Notes under the pieces: model-generated
What the model was told of the DNA's origin: nothing
Seen by the model: the letters and a program-made list of their open reading frames with translations, nothing else
Database searches by the model: none
Assembly: GCF_009914755.1 (NCBI RefSeq)
Contig: NC_060932.1
Source of the DNA: the human T2T-CHM13v2.0 reference genome, Homo sapiens
DNA: 64,000 bases
Reading direction: 5' to 3' (one strand)
Made by a program: the position numbers and the translations under genes
In this document: one piece after another, positions 25,062-38,479 of the stretch
Position numbering within the stretch: the stretch's first letter is position 1
How the letters are laid out: each line of letters opens with the position of its first letter

Positions 25062-28000
25062 GGTAGGGAGGATGATGGACAGAAGACAGGACTAACATGC
25101 AGCTCCCATTTGGACAGACAGAACAGCATCTGAAGACTTACATTGTGAACTCTTGCTTCAATAACCACTATAGGAACATATGAGGAAAACCAAAAGAATT
25201 CACAGACCCTTTATAGCAGCTGCTTGCTGCTACAAGTGCTGTGAGACAGCCAGAAAACTGTGAGTTCCTAAATTGTTAGAGGGGGAAAATTCAGCCTCTG
25301 AACATGCATTCCCACTGGGGAACCTAAAAATCCAGATCACAAGGGAAGGATTTAACCTTACCTATACCTGAAATGGATTTAAGGAGCTGAGTCTATAGCC
25401 ATACCACCCTGAAAGTGCCTGATCTTGTTTGATCTCAAAAGCTAAGCAAGATCCAGCCTGGTTAGTACTTGGATGGGATTTAGGGAGCTGAGTGAAATAT
25501 AAAAGTAGATAAAGCAGCAGAAAGAGCCCTGTAGGCACTCCTGGTCACCAGCTTGAGTCCAGGGAAGCCATTCCTAGCCTTACCTCACAGAGGTCCTTGG
25601 GGAAGGGAAGGCAGCTAGCAGAATTGGGGAGGGGCCACAGGGTAAAGGAAGCTCCTAGTTGAACTTGGTAATAATTGCAACTGAGCATGAACTTTCCTGA
25701 ACAAAATCTGGGGTGGAGGGTGAACATGAAGTGCAGAAATGAGCACAGAAGCTCCAGCGGATGGTGCAGGCAGGCAGGGAGGGGCGAGGCCTGAGACCCC
25801 TACTTGCTTTCTCAGTCAGGAAGCTTGTAGCCTGGGGCAAGATCTCAGCCCTGCACAGAGGCTGCATGGATATAAACTCAGTGCAGATGGGCGGGGCACA
25901 GCAGGAGTGAGACTGGCCTTGCTGACTCCATGGGAACAGGGTAAGGCCTGTCACTGCTGGCTTCCCCCAGTTCTCTGAAAACCTGAATGAAGCAGCAGAG
26001 GCATTCATAATCCCCCTTGGAACATAACTCCATTGGCCAAAGAACCACCCGCTCAATCCCTCACAGTGCCCGCAGCAAGCCCCACCAAAGAAGAGTCTGA
26101 GCTCGGTACTGCCCAATCCTGCCCCCACCTGATGGTTTTCTCTACCTGCCCTTATAGCCAAAGGCAAAAGACATAAACTTTTGGGAGCTCTATGGCCCTG
26201 CCCATCACCTCAGAAACCTGAGTACCTATCCTGACCAATGTAGGGCAAACCCATATCCCCCTCCTATTGCCACAGCTGGTACTCTCTAGAAAGTACCACC
26301 TCCTGGCTGGAGGCCACCAACTCAAGCTATTATTTCAACTCATAACAGAACAACCCTGCTCCAAAGAAGGAGCAAACAACAGCAAATTTCACCAGCTGCA
26401 ACACCCTGGCTAACCACAGATCCTGACTCTGGCCATGTGACAGCTTCACCACTAGCATAATCAGCATTCAAGAAAACCAGCACACTAAATAAAACTCCAA
26501 CAATGGACTCCAACAGAGTCCACTTCACTTCCCCACAACCTCCACCAGAGCAGATACTGGTATCCATGGCTGGGAGACCTAAAGACAGATCACATCACAA
26601 GACTCTTTGCAGACATTCTCCAGCACCAGCCTACAGCCCAGTAGCCCTACTGGGTGGCTAGACCCAGAAGGGCAATAATGGTTACCGAAGTCTGGCTCTC
26701 AGAAAACCCTATCCCTAGGGAAAAGGGGAGAAAACCACATCAAGGGATCACCCCATGGGACAAGAGAATCTGAACAGCAGCCCTTGAGTCCCAGATCTTT
26801 CCACTGAAACAGTCTACCCAAATGAGAAGGAACCAGAAAAGTAATTCTGAAAGTATGACAAAACACCGTTCTACAACATCCCCAAAAGCTCACACTAGCT
26901 CTCTAGCAATGGATCCAAACAAAGAAGAAATCTCTGAATTGCCAGATAAAGAATTCAGAAAGTTGATTATTAAGCTACTCAGGGAAGCATCAGAGAAAGG
27001 TGAAGAAGATATTTTTTAAAAATACAGAATATGAATGAAAAAGTCTGCAGAGAAATAGATAGCATAAAGAAAACACAATCACAACTTCTAGAAATGAAAG
27101 ACACACTTAGAGAATACAAATACACTGGAAAGTTTTGAACAATAAAATCATACAAGTAGAAGAAACAACTTCAGAATTCAAAAAAAAAAAAAAAGAAGGC
27201 TTTTGATTAACCCAACCTGACAAAGACAAAGAAAAAAGAATTTTAAAAATGAACAAAGCCTCCCAGAAATTTTGGATTATGTTAAACAACCAAACATTAG
27301 AATAATTGGTGTTCCTGAAGAAGAGAAATCTAAAACTTTTGAAAACTTATTTGAGGGAATAATCAAGGAAATCTTCCCTGAACTTTCTAGAGGTCTAGAC
27401 ATCCAAATACAAGAGGCTCAAAGAATACTCAGGAAATTTAACACAAAAAGATCATCACCTAGCCACATAGTTATCATGTTATCTAAATTCAAGATGAAGG
27501 GAAAAATCTTAAGAGTTGTGAGGCAAAAGTACCAGGTAGTCTATAAAGGAAAACTTATCAGATTAGCAGCAGATTTTTCAGCAGAAACCTTACAAGCCAG
27601 GATTGAGGTTCTATCTTTAGCCTCCTTAAACAAAATAATTGTTAGTCAAGAATTATGTATCCAGCAAAACTAAGCTTCATAAATGAAGGAGAGATAAAGT
27701 ATAATTCAGACAAACAAATGCTGAGAGAATTCACCTCTATCAACCCAGCACTACAAAAAAATGCTAACTCTTGAAACAAACCCTCAAAGTACACCAAAAT
27801 AGAACCTCTGTAAAGCACAAATCTCATAGGACCTATAAAACATAACACAGTGGAAAAAAAACAAGGTATTCAGGCAATAACTAGCACAATAAATAGGACA
27901 GTACTTCACATCTCAATACTAGCATTGAATGTAAATGGCCTAAAGGATCCATTTAAAAGATATGGAATGGCAGAATGCACAAAAATCCAACAGCCAAGTC

Positions 28001-31000
28001 TTGCTGTCTTCAAGAGATCCACCTAACACATAAGGACTCACATAAACTTAAGGCAAAGGGATGGGAAAAGGGATTTCATGCAAATGGAAACCAAAAGCAA
28101 GCAGGAATAGCTATTCTTACATCAGACAAAACACACTATAAAGCAATAACAGTTTAAAAAGACAAAAAGAGACATTATATAATGCTAAAAGGATTAGCCC
28201 AATAGAAAAATATCACAATTTTAAATACATATGCACATAACACTGGAGCTCCAAAATTTATAAAACAATTATTACTAGACCTAAGAAATGAGATAGATGG
28301 CAACACAATCATAATGGGGACTTCAGTACTCCACTGACAGCACTGGACCAGTCACCAAGACGGAAAGTCCACAAAGAAGCAATGGACTTAAACTATACCC
28401 TAGGAAAAATGGACTTAACAGATATTTACAGAGCATTCTACGCAATAACTGAAGAACATATATATTTTTTTCATCAGAACATGGAACATTCTCCAAGATA
28501 GAACATTATGACAGGCCACAAAACAAGTCTCAAGAAATTTAAGAAAACTGAAATTATATCAAGTATTCTCTCAGATCACAGGTGAATAAAATTGGAAATT
28601 CACTCTAAAAGGAACTCTCAAAAATATACAAATACATGGAAATTTAAAAATCTGCCCCTGAATGATCTTTGGGTCAAAATTAAATCAAGATGGAAATTGA
28701 AAAATTGTTCAAACTGAATGATGATAGTGACACAACTTATCAAAACCTCTGGGATAGAGAAAAAGCAGTTCTAAGAGGAAAGTTCATAGCATTAAATGCA
28801 TAAATCAAAAAATCTAAAAGAGCACAAACAGACAATCTAGGCTCACATCTCAAGGAACTAGAGAAACAAAAACAAGCCAAACCCAAAACCAGCAGAAGAA
28901 AAGAAATAACAATGATCAGAGCAGAACTAAATGAAATGGAAACAAACAATACAATACAAAAGACACAAAAACAAAAAGCTGGTTCTTTGAAAAGATAAAC
29001 AAAATCAATAGACCATTAGTGAGATTAACCAAGAAAAGAAGGGAGAAGATCCAAATAAGCTCAATCAGAAATGAAATGGGTGATATTAAAACCAATACCA
29101 CAGAAATACAAAATATCACTTGAGGCTACTATGAGCACATTCGTGTGCATAGACTAGAAAACCTAGAGGAGATGAATACATTCCTGGAAATATACAAACC
29201 TCCTAGATTAAACCTGGAAGAAATAGAAACTCTGAACAGACCAATAACAAGTAGTGAGATTGAACCAGTAATAAAAATTGCCAACAACAACAACAAAAAG
29301 TCCAGGACCAGATGGATTCACAGCTGAATTCTATCAGACATCCAAATAAGAATTGGTTCCAATCCTACTGAAACTATTCCAAAAGATAAAGAAAGAGGGA
29401 ATCCTCCGTAAATCAGTCTATGAAGCCACTACCATAATACCAAAACGAGGAGATGATGTAACAAAAAAAGAAAACTACAGACCAATGTCCCTGATGAAAA
29501 TGATGCAAAAATCCTCAACAAAAACCTAGCTAACCAAATCCAACAGCATATCAAAAAGATAATATACAATGATCAAGTGGGTTTCATACCATGGATGTAG
29601 GGTTGGTTTAACATACACTAGTCAATAAATGTGATACACCACATAAACAGAATTAAAACAAAAAATCGTATTATTATCTCAGTAGATGTAGGAAAAGCAT
29701 TTGACAAAACTCAGCATCCTTTATGATTAAAACCCTCAGTGAAATTTGCATAGAAGGGAAATACCCTAAGGTAATAAAAGCCATCTATGACAAATCCACA
29801 GCCAACATTATACTGAAAGCACTACCCCTGAGAACTGGAACAAGACAAGGAGGCTCACTTTCACCACTTTTATTCAGCATAGTACTGGAAGTCCTAGCCA
29901 GAGCAATCAGACAAGAGAAAGAAAGAAAGGGCATCCTAATCAGTAAAGAGGAGTCAAACTGTCGTTGTTCACCAATGATATGATTGTACCAGAAAACCCT
30001 AAAGGCTCATCCAAAGAGCTCTTAGATCTGATAAATGAATTCAGTAAACTTTCAAAATACAAAATCAATGTACAGAAATCAGTAGCACTGCTATACACCA
30101 ACAGTGACCAAGCTGAAAACCAAATCAAGAACTCAGCCCCTTTTACAACAGCTGAAAAACAACAAACAAACAAACAAACAAAAACCTTACGAATATACCT
30201 AACCAAAGAGGTAAAAGATCTCTAAAACAGAAACTAAAAAATGCTGCTGAAAGAAATCATAGATGACACAAACAAATGGAAACACATTCTATGTTCACAG
30301 ATGGGTAGAATCAGTATTATGAAAATGACCATACTGCCAAAAGCAATCTATAAATTCAATACAATTTCCACCAAAATATCACTATAATCCTTCATAGAAC
30401 TATGAAAAACAATCCTAAAATTCATATGGAACCAAAAAAGAGCCCACAAAAGCAAGACTAAGCAAAAAGAACAAATCTGGAGGCATCACATTATCTGACT
30501 ATAAACTATACTACAAGGCTATAAATACCAAAACGGCATGGTACTACTGGTATAAAAACAGGCAAGTAGAACAATGGAATGAAATAGAGAACTCAGAAAT
30601 AAAGCCAAATACTTACAGCCAACTGATCTTTGGCAAAGCAAATAAAAACATAAAGTGGGGAAAGGAGACCCTATTTAACAAATGGTGTTGGGATAATTGG
30701 AAAGCCACATGCAGAAGAATCAAACTGGATCCTTTTCTCATCTAATACAAAAATCAACTCAAGAAGGGTCAAAGATGTAAATCTAAGACCTGAAACCATA
30801 AAAATTCTAGAAGATAACATTGTAAAAACTCTTCTAGACATTGGCCTAGGCAAAGACTTCATGACCAAGAACCCAAAAGCAAATGCAACAAAAACAAAGA
30901 TAAATAGATGGGACTTAATTAAACTAAAAAGCCTCTGCCCTGCAAAAGAAGCAATCAGCAAAGTAAAAGACAGCCCACAGAGTGGGAGAAAATATTTGCA

Positions 31001-31955
31001 AACTATGCAGCTGACAAAGGACTAACATCCAGAATCTATAAGGGAACTAAAACAAATCAGTCAGAAAAATGCAAGTAATCCCATCAAAAAGTGTGCTAAG
31101 GACATGAATAGACAATGCTGAAAAGAAGGTATACAAATGGCCAACAAATATATGAAAAAATGCTCAACATCACTCATTATCAGGAAAATGCAAATCAAAA
31201 CCACAATGCGATACTACCTTACTCCTGCAAGAACGGCCATAATGTAATTAAAAAACCAAAAAATATCAGATGTTGGTGTGGATGTGGTTAAAAAGGAACA
31301 CTTTTACAATGCTGGTGGGGCAACCACTAATACAACCACTATGGAAAACAGTATGGAGATTCTTAAAGAACTAAAAGTAGAACTACCATTTGATCCAGCA
31401 ATCCCACTACTGGGTATCTACCCACAGAAAAAGAAGTTATTATATAAAACAGACACATGCACAACTATGTTTATAGCAGCACAATTTGCAATTGCAAAAA
31501 TATGGAACCAGCTTGAATGCCCATCAACCAACAAGTGGAAAACGAAAATGTGGTATATATATATACCATGAAATACTACTCAGCCATAAAAATGAATGAA
31601 ATAATGGCACTTGCAGCAACCTGGATGGAACTGGAGACCATTATTCTAAGTGCAGTAACTCAGAAATGGAAAGCCAAATATCGTAGGTTCTCATAAGTGC
31701 GAACTAAGCTATGAGGATGCAAAGGCATTAGAATTATATAAGGGACTCCAGGTATTCGGAGTAAGGATGGAAGCGGGGGTGAGGGATCAAAGACTACACA
31801 TTGGGTGCAGTGTACACTGCTCAGGTGTTGGGTGCACCAAAATCTCAAAAATTACCACTAAAGAATTTATTCATGTAACCAAACGCCATGTGTTCCCCCC
31901 AAAACTATTGAAATAATTAATAGTAACAATAATAAAAGATAGACAAAAAATTAAA
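25062..31955 (+). mobile_element. Full-length decayed L1PB (L1PBa-type 5'UTR, L1PB1-like 3' end)
   Basis: Fragmented ORF1 (DYVKQPNIRIIGVPEEE) and ORF2 (CCLQEIHL; [26 protein letters not shown]; ELPFDPAIPLLGIYP); TSD taaatcaga(c/t)atgggtg at 25045-25061 and 31956-31972. Confidence 0.95.
25391..25478 (+). pseudogene. 3'-truncated (tailless) 5S rRNA retropseudogene
   Basis: GTCTATAGCCATACCACCCTGAA...GCTAAGC...GCCTGGTTAGTACTTGGATGGGA corresponds to 5S nt 1 to about 88; TSD ggattta(a/g)ggagctga at 25375-25390 and 25476-25491. Confidence 0.93.
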
Positions 31956-32561
31956 TAAATCAGATATGGGTGAGACTCAAGGCATGATTCATCCTGAGGC
32001 AAATTTCCCCACAGCTGTGAGCCTGTGAAATCAAAACCAGTTATGTGCTTCCAAAATGCAATGTGGGACATACATAGAATAGACATTCCAATTACAAAAG
32101 GGAAAAACAGGAAAGAAAAAAGGAGCAACTGTTCCCAAGTAAGTCCACAATCCAACAGGGTGAATAACATTAAATCCTAAGGCTCTCGAATTATCTTCCT
32201 TGACTCTGTGTCCTGCCTCCTGGACAAGGTGGGGTAGGGGTTGGGCCCCCAAGGCCTCAAGCAGCCCAAGCCCTATGGCTCAGCACACCCAAAGCTCTCG
32301 TGGGTTGAAGTCTTGTGCTGCAAGCTCTCCCAGGCTGACATTGCACACTGGCAGCTCAATAGTTCTGGGATCTTGGTGGCAGTCCCACTCCCATTACTCC
32401 ACTAGGCATTGTACTCGTATGGACTGTCTGCAATGGCTTTGCTCCTGTGAAAAGGCACTGCCTGGGGCCTCAGGCTGTCCAAAACATCCTTTGAAATCTA
32501 GGTGGAGACCATTTTTGACCCCATAGCCCACTCATTCTGTGCATCTGCAGAATTAATACCA

Positions 32562-32821
32562 AACTACGGACTCTGTAAGTAAGTGTATAAAATATGCTTT
32601 TTAAAGATGTTCTTCATCAGTTAGTTCAATGCCTTGCTGTGAGAAGTTTATATATGCGCATTGAAAACATGAAATGAGTGTGTTACTTCAAAGATGCATT
32701 GTGAGCTCCTTTATTACAGTGAATTGAACCGCTTCCCAAACAATGAACTCTATCAACAAATGTACAAATACACATTTAAAAGATGTTCCTTATCATTTAG
32801 TTTATTGCCTTATTGTGAGGG

Positions 32822-32864
<43 letters not shown>

Positions 32865-33228
32865 TGAAAATATAAATCTCGGCATGTTACTTCAAAGATG
32901 CATTGTGAAGCACTTTATTAAAATGAATTGAACTGTTTAACACAGTGAACTTTTTAACCACATGTTTAAGACATGCTCTTTAAAGATGTCCCTTGCCCTT
33001 GTGTTCTAAGCCATAATGTGAGGAGTTTATACATCCACATTTAAAAGATGAATCGAAGTATGTTACTTCAAAGATGTATTGTGAGCTGACTTATTACAGT
33101 GAATTGGACTATTTACCATTCTGTGAATTCTGTAAACAAGCATATAAAATGTTTTTAAAGATGTTCTTTACCAATAAGTTTAAAGACTTATCGTGTGAGG
33201 TTTACAAATACATACTAAAACATAAATC
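32562..33228. repeat. Diverged tandem array, about 175-bp monomer, about 3.7 copies
   Basis: TGTTACTTCAAAGATG at 32681, 32885 and 33061; AGATGT anchor at 32605, 32781, 32984 and 33159 (spacings 176, 203 including a (TA)n expansion, and 175). Confidence 0.9.
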
Positions 33229-35074
33229 TGCTGCCAAGGCTTACCACTTGCATTCCTCAAATTAGGGGCACAATCCACACCTAAGCCCACTTGAGTGACA
33301 GCTGAGATGACCAAGGAGCACTGTTTGGGAATTTGGGGGGCAGAGACTTAAGGTGGTGCAGGGTAGTGAATGCTGATTTTTTTTCAGGCATGCTGAGCTG
33401 CTCTCTTGAGGCTGCCTCAAAGATCTCTGAAATGAATTGGGTGTCATTCTCCCATTGTCTTGATGAATGGCACCTGGCTTATTTTATCTATGCTAATCCC
33501 TTTATCAAAGGATCAATTGGCTGCACCCTTGCACTTTTTTTGTTCTTTACTTGGCCAGGCTGTGAATTTTCTAAATCTTTATGTTACACTTCCCTTTTAA
33601 TTATAAAGGTCATCTTTAAATCATTCATCTCTTCCTACATTTTACTCTAGGCATTTAATAGAAGCTGTGCAGCTCCTTCAACGTTTTGCTTAGAAATTTA
33701 TTCCACCAGATGTCCCAGTTCATTCTCTTAAATTCAGCCTTACATAAAGCCCTCTGGTGTGGACACAATTCAGCCAAGTTATTTGCCACGTTAGAAAATA
33801 ATGGCCTTTACTCCAGTTTCCATTACCTTGTTCCTCATTTCTGTCCAAGACCCCATCAGAATTGCCTTACTGTCCATATTTATACCAGCTTTCTGATCAT
33901 AGCTACTTAAGCAACCTCTAAGAAGTTTTACACTTTCCCTACAGCTCTCCTTTTCTTTTGAGCCCTCGCCAGAACTGCCCTTAATGATCTGTTCATGGCA
34001 ATACAAGCTTTTTCTATCCTGGTTCTCCAGATTCTTCCCATTTGTGCCCATTATCCAGTTCCAAAGTCACTTCCAAATATTCAGGTGTTTGTCACAGTAA
34101 CACCCTACTCTTTGATACCAATTCTCTTTCTGAGTCATTTTATGCTGCTATAACAGAGTACCACAGATGGAGTAATTCATAATGAACAGAAATTCGTTGG
34201 CTCACAATTCTAGAGGATGGGAATTCCAAGATTGAAGGGCCGGCATCCTTTAAGGGCCTTCCTGCAGTATAATCCCATGGCAAAAGGGCAAGTGAGGGCA
34301 AGAGAGAGAGAGCAAGAAGAAACCAAGTTTGTCCTTTTATAAGGAACCCACTCCCATGATAAAGAGCTTGCTCCCACAATAAGAAACTCACTTCCACAAT
34401 AACAACATTAATCTATTCATTACCTTTCATGGTCTAATCACCCCTTAAAGTTCCCACTTCTTAATGCTGCTACAATGGCAATTAAATTTCAGCATGAGTT
34501 TCAAACCATAGCAGTCATGTAAAAGGAAATTAATAAGAGACAAAAGTAGAGCAAAGGCAATTTAAAAAAATTTTTTTGATTGGTTGACTGTGTTTTAATA
34601 CTATAACCTAACAGTTCAGCCTTCTATGAAAAAGAAATTTAGATTTCTTCTAACCATATTTATTATAGAAATAAAATCATGTTTTGAAACTAAGAAACCA
34701 CATTGAATATGGAAACAAATTTCAGGATCAAAAGCTTCTGATATACAGAAATCCTGCCAATACTTAAAAACAGTCTGCATTCTACATATCCGAGTTTCAG
34801 AACTATCCCATAGGTTGTCATCAATGGGAAAAATCTTTTTAATTATCTAATTAGTATTTGTGTTTCAAACACTTGTAATTGAGAGAAATCTATGAATAAA
34901 ACATCAAATTGCAGTTTAGTAGCAGTATTAGTAAACAATATGACCTTTTGATATTGAAGAATTCATATTTCACACTGAAATTATGATGGTGAATCTGAGG
35001 TTTTCATAAAGTATCAAATGCTAAAAAGTACACTAAGATAGCGGTCAGTTTGAGTTGTAATAATAATGCTACAG

Positions 35075-35380
35075 GGCTAGGCATGGAGGCTCATGACTAT
35101 AATCTCAGCACTTTGGGAATCTGAGGCGGGCAGATCTCTTGAGGCCAAAAGTTCAAGACCAGACTGGCCAATGTGGTGAAACCCTGTCTCTACTAAAAAC
35201 ATATAAATTAGCTGGGCATGATGGGGCATACCTGTAATCCCAGCTACTTGGGGGGCTGAGGCACAAGAATCACTTGAACCCAGGAGGCGAATGAGCTGTG
35301 ATGGGACAACTGCACTCCAGTCTGGGCAACAGAGAGAGACTCTGCCTCAAAAATAATAATAATGATAATAATAATTATAA
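35075..35380 (+). mobile_element. Alu (J/old S)
   Basis: Dimer with an (AAT)n tail. Confidence 0.93.
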
Positions 35381-36380
35381 TACAGACTCATAATTTGGGG
35401 CAAATCAGTTAACTAACATTGAAGTTAATTTTATTATCTGTAAAATGAGAGGTATAATCCCATGTTTTGGAAGTTCTAATGTCAGTTAAAAGCTTGAACT
35501 TGTTTCATAAATTATAGTCACAGCTATAAATTACCTTCTATAAAATGCCTATTTTAAGTCAAGTAATAAACATTTTTGCTTAATAAACATTATTGCTCTT
35601 TGCATGCAGTACCTTAACATGCACCACGGAAATATGTGCATTTCAGGATTTGGAAACAAAGGTTCACGGAGGGTAAGTTGCCCAATGTCACACAAGTAAT
35701 AAATGCAGTGCTGGAATTCCAGCTGAGTTCTGTCTGTCTTCCTATCCTTATGCCAACTCAATCATACATTCTGATTTTTATCCAACTGATGACAGATATT
35801 CAATCATTCAAGCCACATGGAGAAGCTTAAAATAATTGTTCAACTATCACATAATGGCATTTAAAAAGCTGTCTATTTGAACTGTCACCATGAGTGATTT
35901 AATAAAAAAGTTTCTATTACTTACAGATGTTCCAAAGATATGAGTCCTTTAAATGTTTGCTTATCTAGTGCATGGATTTCATTCTTATACAGGTACCTGG
36001 AAAATATATAGAATGTCATTAAATTATAAATTAGTAGAGATACCACATGTCTTAGATACAAACTTTTTAAACTATAAGCTGTGGACCTTAGGAGCTTTGT
36101 GGGATGTCCATAGATTCTCTAACAATATATAGAAACTGTTATTTCACTTAAATGTGTTCAATTGGTAAGAGTTCTAAGCCTCTCATCAAATTCTCAAATG
36201 GATCCTTGGTTCAAAATATTAAGAAACATAGAGTATTTGTGGAGAAATTCTGACTAATGGAGTCATATATACTGAGTAACAACTTCTCTAAGAAAAATAT
36301 GTTTGACTATAAACAATTTTTTAAAATTTATTTTATGACACTGAATATATTCAACTGGTAGTTATAAAACTGGCAAATAC

Positions 36381-36466
36381 CACCATGGGATTCATCTTAA
36401 GGGGATAAAAGCATCTTAGAGATGCATAAGATGAATTTTGATCCTCCTGTGGCTGCTGTTGAAAAT
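36381..36466 (-). other. Candidate exon (minus strand)
   Basis: Acceptor tattcttccctgcAG|; weak donor GTG|GTATTT. Confidence 0.15.
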
Positions 36467-36719
36467 CTGCAGGGAAGAATACTATAAATGGATTTATAAA
36501 TACGATGATACAACTAATCTTTACCAAAGGGTTTAAAGAAAACAATTTATGTGACATATGAGCACTTTCTCCATCGTTTTTCTTCAACCATAGGTTAGTA
36601 AGGTGATTTCTTCTCCACACTCTTTGTTAATGTCATGAAAATGAAGCCCTGGATCTTTTCTACTTGTGCCTCTCAGGGTTTGAGACAATCAGAATTCCTG
36701 AAACCTTCTATCAAGTGTC

Positions 36720-37430
36720 TTCGGAATGTGCTCTTGCATATTGTCAGTGCATCAGAATCACCTGGTGGTTTGTTAAACACACCAATTCTAAAGTTCACCC
36801 ACAAACCTACTCAATCGGACTCTCTCAGGATATTTTCTAGATAATTCAGTTGCAGCTCATCTGCAGTCCTGCCTTAAAGGCCATCAAAATCACAGTTCTG
36901 CCTAAAAATAAAGAAGGGACTGATTTTCTATAATTTGCTTAGTTAAGCTTTTAAAGTTCCAAACCAGTTTCTTTTCCCCCAGTTTAGGACTCCAGTCAGT
37001 TTCTAAAAGTAGCAGTGACCAGTGTGGATTTACATCTAACTAGATATTGTTTTTCCTCAGCATTAATTGATACTTCAGAAGATTTTGCTTTTACTCCAAA
37101 TCTCAAAAATATAGCTATGTGTTAGAATTCAAGAAATACAATATTCTAGAACCATGTTTCTTCAAACAGTTTATAAGAAGCATTGAGAAGTCGTCTCAAA
37201 ACTCACTAGTGGTTCTCAAGTGTGGATGTATGCAAATCATAGTGTAGGTACGTGAGTCAGTAGTATTTGTAAGGCCTCATTTTGAGTTCTACCCAAGCCT
37301 TATAGTAATGTCTGGGTCCCTGCCTCCACAAACTCTAATTTAATGATGGGTCCAGGGTACAGACTAGACATTGAGATTCTTCATAGCTCCACAGGAGATA
37401 ATAATATGCAGCAAGGTTGAAAGCTACTGT
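36720..37430. mobile_element. Two MER5-family fragments
   Basis: GTGCATCAGAATCACCTGG near 36750; CTCCACAGGAGATAATAATATGCAGCAAGGTTGAAAGCTACTG near 37390-37430. Confidence 0.55.
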
Positions 37431-37892
37431 TACTAGGTACAGAACAGGTGAAAGTATTCTGTAAATGTACCCCACTGGATTCAGAACTACCTCCTGGTAA
37501 AGGCCCTTAGACTATTAGAATGTTGAGAGCCACATGACTTCAAGGGTGTCATGTCTTGAGCATAAAGAAGTTGACTTCTACTGAGAGGCATACAAACACT
37601 ATACTTGGTTTTTATTATTATCGTCAATTTTAAATAATGAGGAGTTGTTTCATAAAGATAAAATGAAATCATAAAATATTCATGAAGGAGTTTCAAAACT
37701 TAAAACTAAAGGTTTCCCATAATATTTTATCTCAGATACACAGATTCACTTTAGACTGTTATATTGTAGAAAATGGTTCAGGAAAAATAAGCACAAAGTA
37801 GGGGGAAAAGAGCAGAACTTCTGCAATCAGATCTGCACAAATTGATTAAATCAGTAAAGTATGAATTCCAGATATGTTACTACCTATATTCA

Positions 37893-38479
37893 AGTTATAG
37901 GACCAACAGGTTTGTATGCTCGCTGAAGAGTAACAGACCAATACACTGAGATAGCAGAGTTTGCAGCAGAGAAAGAGTTTAATTATCAACGGGCAGCCAA
38001 ATAAAGAGACAGAAAGGACCCTCAAATTCTTCCCCCCAATGAGTTCTGGGCTGGGGTTTTTAATGGATTAGTAGAGGGAAAGAGGTTAGAAAATTGGGGT
38101 TGTTGATTGGCTGGAATAAGGGGGATATTATTTGGATGTGGAAACCGCATTCTTTGGTGAGTCAGCTCCTCATGAGGTCCTTCAGACCTTATTGGTGTGC
38201 AGGACCTAAAAGGATATCTCAAATGGAAAACTTAACATTTTATAATTCTCAAGTTGTTATCTACAGAGCAGTTAAGGAGAACTATAATCTTCATGGGTCT
38301 ATGTGATTTTAGGACAATAGGCACAAAACAGCTATGAGGAAGGGGTCAGAGAGCAGCTGATCTCATGATGAATGCTGATGTGCTGAAAGTTTGGCTTATT
38401 TTTGTTTCTTCCAAACCCCCCCCCCCCCCCGCCACCTTCTTTCCTGATTAATTTTATGAAGTTTATAGGGACAGTTTCA
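37893..38479 (-). mobile_element. ERV1-class solo LTR (LTR26/LTR8-like)
   Basis: Minus strand starts TGAAACTGTCCCTATAAAC...; near its 3' end AATTAAACTCTTTCTCTGCTGCAAAC; possible 4-bp TSD ttca/ttaa. Confidence 0.75.

Larger units (their letters stand above)
24536..34513 (-). mobile_element. Complete MaLR provirus (MSTC/D- or MLT1A-like): LTR about 24536-24955, internal region, LTR about 34124-34513
   Basis: TG...CA termini; 5-bp TSD GTCAT at 24531-24535 and 34514-34518; two homologous LTRs; MST-int-like sequence at 24960-25045 and 31973-34120. Confidence 0.9.

Noticed and set aside
26822-31571. L1 ORF1p/ORF2p-like ORFs as functional CDS
   Set aside because: Broken by many stops and frameshifts; a dead element.
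32681-33090. Regularly spaced conserved motif resembling a CRISPR array or small-RNA cluster
   Set aside because: The intervening sequences are homologous to each other, so it is a tandem repeat; the context is primate DNA with no cas genes.
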